DNA from: Acidobacteriota bacterium
Lineage (GTDB): Bacteria; Acidobacteriota; UBA890; WLXD01
Assembly: GCA_963666055.2 (NCBI GenBank)
Contig: CAXWPH010000012.1
Span: 1-64,000, forward strand
DNA: 64,000 nucleotides
Reading direction: 5' to 3'
The first letter of the stretch is position 1, and every line of letters starts with the position of its first letter. This document shows positions 59,881 through 64,000 of the stretch, piece by piece. A program made the translations under genes and the position numbers. The notes beneath the pieces are model-generated. The model made no database searches, was not told where the DNA came from, and was given only the letters and a program-made list of their open reading frames with translations.

Positions 59881-61356
59881 ATGGTCGAAGCCGACTTGTT
59901 GGAATCCCGCCGGCGCAAGCTTGCCGCGTTGGAAGCGGCGGGAGTCAATGGTTTTCCCAGCCGATTTCCAGTCGATGGCACCCTGCAGCAGCTGAGTGCC
60001 GCCCACGGCGGTGCGACGGCGGAGGAGCTGCAAGAGGCGCAACCGGCCGTGCGAATCGCGGGACGCCTCGTGGCGGTGCGCGAGCACGGCAAGTCTGTCT
60101 TCGCTGACCTCGACGACGGCAGCTCCAAGCTTCAATGTCACGCACGGCAGAAGGTGCTCGGCGAAGATCGCTTTCGGGCCTGGCTAGACTTGGATCTGGG
60201 CGACTTCGTCGGCGTCGAGGGCGTGCTGTTCCGCACACGGACGGGCGAGCTGACCGCCCGGGTCGAGGACTACCGACTGCTGTCGAAAGCGTTGCGGCCG
60301 ATGCCGGAGAAGTGGCATGGGCTGCGCGATACCGAGGTGCGCTACCGACAGCGATACCTCGACTTGATGGCGAACCCGGAGGTGCGGGCGGTCTTCGTGC
60401 GTCGTGCCGAGATCGTCCGGACCCTGCGGGCCCACCTCGATTCGAACGGCTTCCTCGAGGTCGAGACGCCGACCCTGCAGCCTCTGTATGGCGGCGCCAC
60501 GGCGCACCCGTTCAAAACGCATCACAACGCGCTCGACATGGACCTCTACCTTCGAATTGCGCCTGAGCTATATCTCAAGCGGCTCCTCGTAGGCGGATTC
60601 CAGCGGGTCTACGACCTGAATCGGAACTTCCGCAACGAAGGAATCTCCCGGCAGCACAATCCGGAGTTCACCATGCTGGAGTTCTATGCCGCCTACTGGG
60701 ACTACGAGCGCATGATGGAGTACGCCGAAGATCTGCTTTGCGCCGCCCTCGGTGGCGCCGGGCACGAGGCCCGAATCCCCTACCAGGACCATGAGATCTC
60801 GTTGCAACGCCCCTGGAGGCGGATGCCGCTGCGCCAGGCACTCCTCGACATCGGCGGACTCGAGTCGGAGCTAGTCGATGACGCGTCGAAACTCTCCGAT
60901 TGGTTGCGGACAAAGGACATACCAACGGCGGGTATGGGTCTAGGGGCGCTGCGCGAGGCTGCGTTTGACAAGACCGTCAAGCCGCAGGTCAGCTCGCCGT
61001 TGTTCATCACCGACTACCCGCTAGAGCTCTCACCGCTGTCCAAAGCTCGCCCCGACGACCCCGATACGGTCGAGCGTTTCGAGCTTTTCATGGGTGGGAT
61101 GGAGGTGGCCAATGGTTATTCGGAGCTGAACGATCCACGCGAGCAGCAGCGCCGTATGCAGGAACAAGTGGACGGGCGAGAAAACGACGGAGAGATCCCG
61201 CCCGCCGTCGATGCCGATTACATCACCGCGCTTGAGCATGGTATGCCCCCGGCAGCAGGTATCGGCATTGGTGTGGACCGCCTTGTAATGCTGTCCACTG
61301 ACTCACCAACGATTCGAGACGTGATCTTATTCCCATTATTACGCCGAAGGAATTAG
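59881..61356 (+). CDS. lysS: Lysine-tRNA ligase (class II)
   Basis: RYRQRYLDL, LRIAPELYLKRL, FRNEG, HNPEFT, GIGVDRL, IRDVILFP. Confidence 0.97.
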   Translation: MVEADLLESRRRKLAALEAAGVNGFPSRFPVDGTLQQLSAAHGGATAEELQEAQPAVRIAGRLVAVREHGKSVFADLDDGSSKLQCHARQKVLGEDRFRAWLDLDLGDFVGVEGVLFRTRTGELTARVEDYRLLSKALRPMPEKWHGLRDTEVRYRQRYLDLMANPEVRAVFVRRAEIVRTLRAHLDSNGFLEVETPTLQPLYGGATAHPFKTHHNALDMDLYLRIAPELYLKRLLVGGFQRVYDLNRNFRNEGISRQHNPEFTMLEFYAAYWDYERMMEYAEDLLCAALGGAGHEARIPYQDHEISLQRPWRRMPLRQALLDIGGLESELVDDASKLSDWLRTKDIPTAGMGLGALREAAFDKTVKPQVSSPLFITDYPLELSPLSKARPDDPDTVERFELFMGGMEVANGYSELNDPREQQRRMQEQVDGRENDGEIPPAVDADYITALEHGMPPAAGIGIGVDRLVMLSTDSPTIRDVILFPLLRRRN

Positions 61357-61490
61357 TCTAATTAACTAAAAGTCACTATTAGTTAGTCATAGATTTTTAA
61401 GTTCTCCCTTGACTGCTACAGTCTATGTGGAGTCTTCGAAAGCAGGCCCACCGAGGTGTTGACCTCAGTTAGGCACTCGACGAGGGCAGG

Positions 61491-62768
61491 ATGCGGGAGA
61501 GCGAACCCCTATGGCTGGCGAGCCGATTCCAGCTGTATATCGCACTACGCTACTTCAAGGCGCGCCGCCAGCAGGCGTTCACGTCGGTCGTGAGCGTCGT
61601 TTCGATCCTCGGCGTGGGCGTCGGGGTGGCAGCGCTGATCATCGCGCTGGCGCTGCTTACCGGCTTCCAGGAAGACATCCAGGACAAGATCATCGGCGCC
61701 AACGCGCACGTCTTCGTGCAGCCGTTCGGCCCCTATCTGGACGACCACGCGTATGTCGTAGACACGGCCCGATCGGTGAGCGGCGTGATCGATGCGGCGC
61801 CGGCCTTGCTGACGCCTGGTCTCATGGAGGGGCGTTCGCAGACGCCGCGCTTCGTCAATCTCAAGGGTGTCGATGCCGGCGGCGAGGCCCGCACCACGAG
61901 GCTTCTCGATCGGATGGTGAAGGGCAGCGCCGAGGGCCTGATAGCACGAGGCGCAAGCTCATCGGGCCGTCCCGGCGTGGTGCTCGGCAACGAGCTGGCC
62001 GCGAGTCTCTTCGTCGACGTTGGCGACCAGGTGAAGGTCAGCGTTCACTCCAGCGGCATGATTACCCCATTCGGCGGCAGTGGCGGGATCAAGATCGTTC
62101 GCTTCGACGTAGTGGGGATCTTCGAGGCGGGTATGTACGAGTACGACAACACCTGGGCCCTCATTCCCCTCGAGACCGCGCAACGCATGGTCGAGGCGGG
62201 GGATGGGGTGACCTTGGTGCAGGTCCGCGTCGAGGATGCCTTCAACACCGCTCCAGTGGTCGAAGAACTGGGGGACCGTCTCGGCGAAGGCTACTTCTTG
62301 ATGGACTGGCAGAGCATGAACCGCGCCTACTTCGCGGCGCTGCAGCTGGAGAAGCTCGCTCTCTTCGTCACCATCAGCCTGATCACCGCGGTAGCCGCAC
62401 TGAACATCGCCGCCAGTCTGGTGCTGATGATCAAGGACAAGCAACGCGATATCGGCATCCTGATGTCGCTCGGGACTACGCGGCGGCATATCCGACAGAT
62501 CTTCATGATCCAGGGCGTGATGATAGGGCTCATCGGCACCGCACTGGGGTGCATTCTCGGCGTCGCTACTTCCTTGACGCTGGACCACTACGAGCTCATC
62601 CGGTTGGAGGCGCAAGTCTATTACTTGGCGTACGTGCCGTTTCACGTACGCTCGGTCGACCTCGGCCGCGTCTGCCTGGTCGCCGTGGTCATCTCCCTCG
62701 CCGCGACGCTCTATCCGGCACTGCGCGCGTCACGCCTCGACCCGGTCGCCTCCCTTCGCTACGAGTAG
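61491..62768 (+). CDS. Lipoprotein-releasing ABC permease LolC/E
   Basis: IALRY, TM1, GMYEYD, LEK, RDIGILMSLG, YPALRASRLDPVASLRYE. Start may be slightly downstream. Confidence 0.92.
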   Translation: MRESEPLWLASRFQLYIALRYFKARRQQAFTSVVSVVSILGVGVGVAALIIALALLTGFQEDIQDKIIGANAHVFVQPFGPYLDDHAYVVDTARSVSGVIDAAPALLTPGLMEGRSQTPRFVNLKGVDAGGEARTTRLLDRMVKGSAEGLIARGASSSGRPGVVLGNELAASLFVDVGDQVKVSVHSSGMITPFGGSGGIKIVRFDVVGIFEAGMYEYDNTWALIPLETAQRMVEAGDGVTLVQVRVEDAFNTAPVVEELGDRLGEGYFLMDWQSMNRAYFAALQLEKLALFVTISLITAVAALNIAASLVLMIKDKQRDIGILMSLGTTRRHIRQIFMIQGVMIGLIGTALGCILGVATSLTLDHYELIRLEAQVYYLAYVPFHVRSVDLGRVCLVAVVISLAATLYPALRASRLDPVASLRYE

Positions 62769-62770
62769 TC

Positions 62771-63475
62771 ATGCATGACGCTGAAGAGTTCCTCACCGTC
62801 GAAGGGATCGATAAGAGCTACCGCTCCGGCGACCGCCGACTACAAGTTCTGTCGGACTGCGACTTACGTCTGGCGGCAGGCGAACGTATCGCCATCATCG
62901 GCCAGAGCGGCGTCGGCAAGAGCACGCTGCTGCACCTGCTGGCCGGACTGGATCGTCCCGACAGCGGCAGCATCCGCTTCCGCGGCCGCGAGCTGCGATC
63001 GCTGTCCGAGCCCGACCTGGCGGCGTTTCGAGGTCGTCACGTGGGCCTCGTCTTTCAGTTCTACCACCTGCTTCCGGAGTTCAGCGCCCTGGAGAACATC
63101 ATGATGCCGCTACTGATCAACGGCGACGTGGATGGGGCACAGGAGCGCGCCACGGGTCTGCTGGCGGACGTTGGGCTGGCCGATCGGGCACACCATTTCC
63201 CATCCGAGCTATCCGGCGGTGAGTGCCAGCGGGTTGCCATTGCGCGCGCCCTCGTCCGGCAGCCCGAGGTCCTGCTTGCTGACGAGCCTACCGGCAACCT
63301 CGACCGCGACAACGGCAGGCGAGTCCTGGAGATCTTCTTGCGACTTCACGAGAGCTATGGCAACGCCATGGTGCTGGTTACGCACAACCCCGAGTTGGTG
63401 GCCGACTTCGACCGCGTTCTGGTGATGGAGTTCGGCGGCCAACTCAGGGCGCATGTATCAGGAGAACGTCAATGA
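62771..63475 (+). CDS. lolD: Lipoprotein-releasing ABC ATPase LolD
   Basis: GQSGVGKST, VFQFYHLLPEF, LSGGE, ADEPTGNLD, VTH. This is the 3' part of the listed ORF 61511-63475. Confidence 0.92.
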   Translation: MHDAEEFLTVEGIDKSYRSGDRRLQVLSDCDLRLAAGERIAIIGQSGVGKSTLLHLLAGLDRPDSGSIRFRGRELRSLSEPDLAAFRGRHVGLVFQFYHLLPEFSALENIMMPLLINGDVDGAQERATGLLADVGLADRAHHFPSELSGGECQRVAIARALVRQPEVLLADEPTGNLDRDNGRRVLEIFLRLHESYGNAMVLVTHNPELVADFDRVLVMEFGGQLRAHVSGERQ

Positions 63476-63700
63476 ACCGCGCGCCGAGGGAACGGTTGCC
63501 TGTGACGTGCCCATCAGCGGCGTGGATCCCCGATTGGGTACCGCGCATGACTGCTAACGTCTTGGCGGCTGGAAAATCGCTCCGCTATACTCGAAACCAA
63601 GCGGCGCCCTTTGGCGTCGCCCTTTGCGACAGGAGACCCAACGGACGCGGCGCCACGGCACGCGGCCTGCGGGGGGGCTCCTGCGAATGGGGCTGGGTCG

Positions 63701-64000
63701 ATGTTTGAGCGCTATACCGAACGAGCTCGACGGGTCATTTTCTTTGCGCGCTACGAAGCCAGCCAGCTAGGCTCGCGCACGATCGAGACCGAGCACTTGC
63801 TGCTCGGGCTGATCCGCGAGAACAACGGCCTCACCGGCAAGCTCCTGGGTCGCTCAGCCATCGAGGCGGAAGCCATCCGCGGAGAGATCCAGACGCGTAC
63901 GGAGGTACGCGAGAAGATCTCCACCTCGGTAGAGATCCCCCTCTCGGTCGAATCAAAGCGCGTGCTGGCGTACGCAGCGGAGGAAGCCGAGAAGATGCTG
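63701..64000 (+). CDS. clpC: ATP-dependent Clp protease ATPase ClpC, N-terminus (runs off window)
   Basis: MFERYTERARRVIFFARYEASQLGSRTIETEHLLLGLIRE...EKISTSVEIPLS..SKRVLAYAAEEAE. Confidence 0.9.
   Translation, partial: MFERYTERARRVIFFARYEASQLGSRTIETEHLLLGLIRENNGLTGKLLGRSAIEAEAIRGEIQTRTEVREKISTSVEIPLSVESKRVLAYAAEEAEKML

Noticed and set aside
61469-61496. CIRCE/HrcA operator (TTAGGCACTC...)
   Set aside because: The left arm is imperfect and the right arm (GAGTGCTAA) is absent.

Overview
GC-rich bacterial window, probably Acidobacteriota. This is inferred from the ClpC N-terminus MFERYTERARRVIFFARYEAS, the smc-recG-rsmD-coaD-aminotransferase gene order and the 'GPYEI...GGMGEVY' kinase stubs. 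The window has two halves. (1) Positions ~1-34.2 kb are an accessory mosaic downstream of a minus-strand tRNA-Thr(CGT) at 34176-34247, with an inverted copy of the tRNA 3' half at 3352-3400. The core of this half is a cluster of exported catabolic enzymes: three paralogous Rieske non-heme-iron oxygenase alpha subunits that all carry twin-arginine (Tat)-like leaders, two Tat spermidine-dehydrogenase-like flavoproteins, a PQQ quinohemoprotein dehydrogenase, amidohydrolases, an M28 peptidase, a secreted enolase-family protein, a sulfatase-TPR protein and a cyclase. No reductase, transporter or regulator is present. This half also holds an NAD-dependent formate dehydrogenase, decayed mrp/nuo genes, many gene stubs, and a sigma70-like promoter plus kinase-start cassette repeated 3-4 times in front of unrelated cargo. 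(2) Positions 34.4-64 kb are intact housekeeping genes: a short smc, recG, rsmD, coaD, aspC, uvrBC, scpAB, rluB, cmk, rpsA, IHF/HU, two ACADs, trxA, rpmF-plsX-fabDG-acpP-fabF, lysS, lolE/D and the clpC start. A structured MITE family (3 copies) sits exactly on stop codons. All calls come from reading the sequence and ORF translations; no database searches were run.
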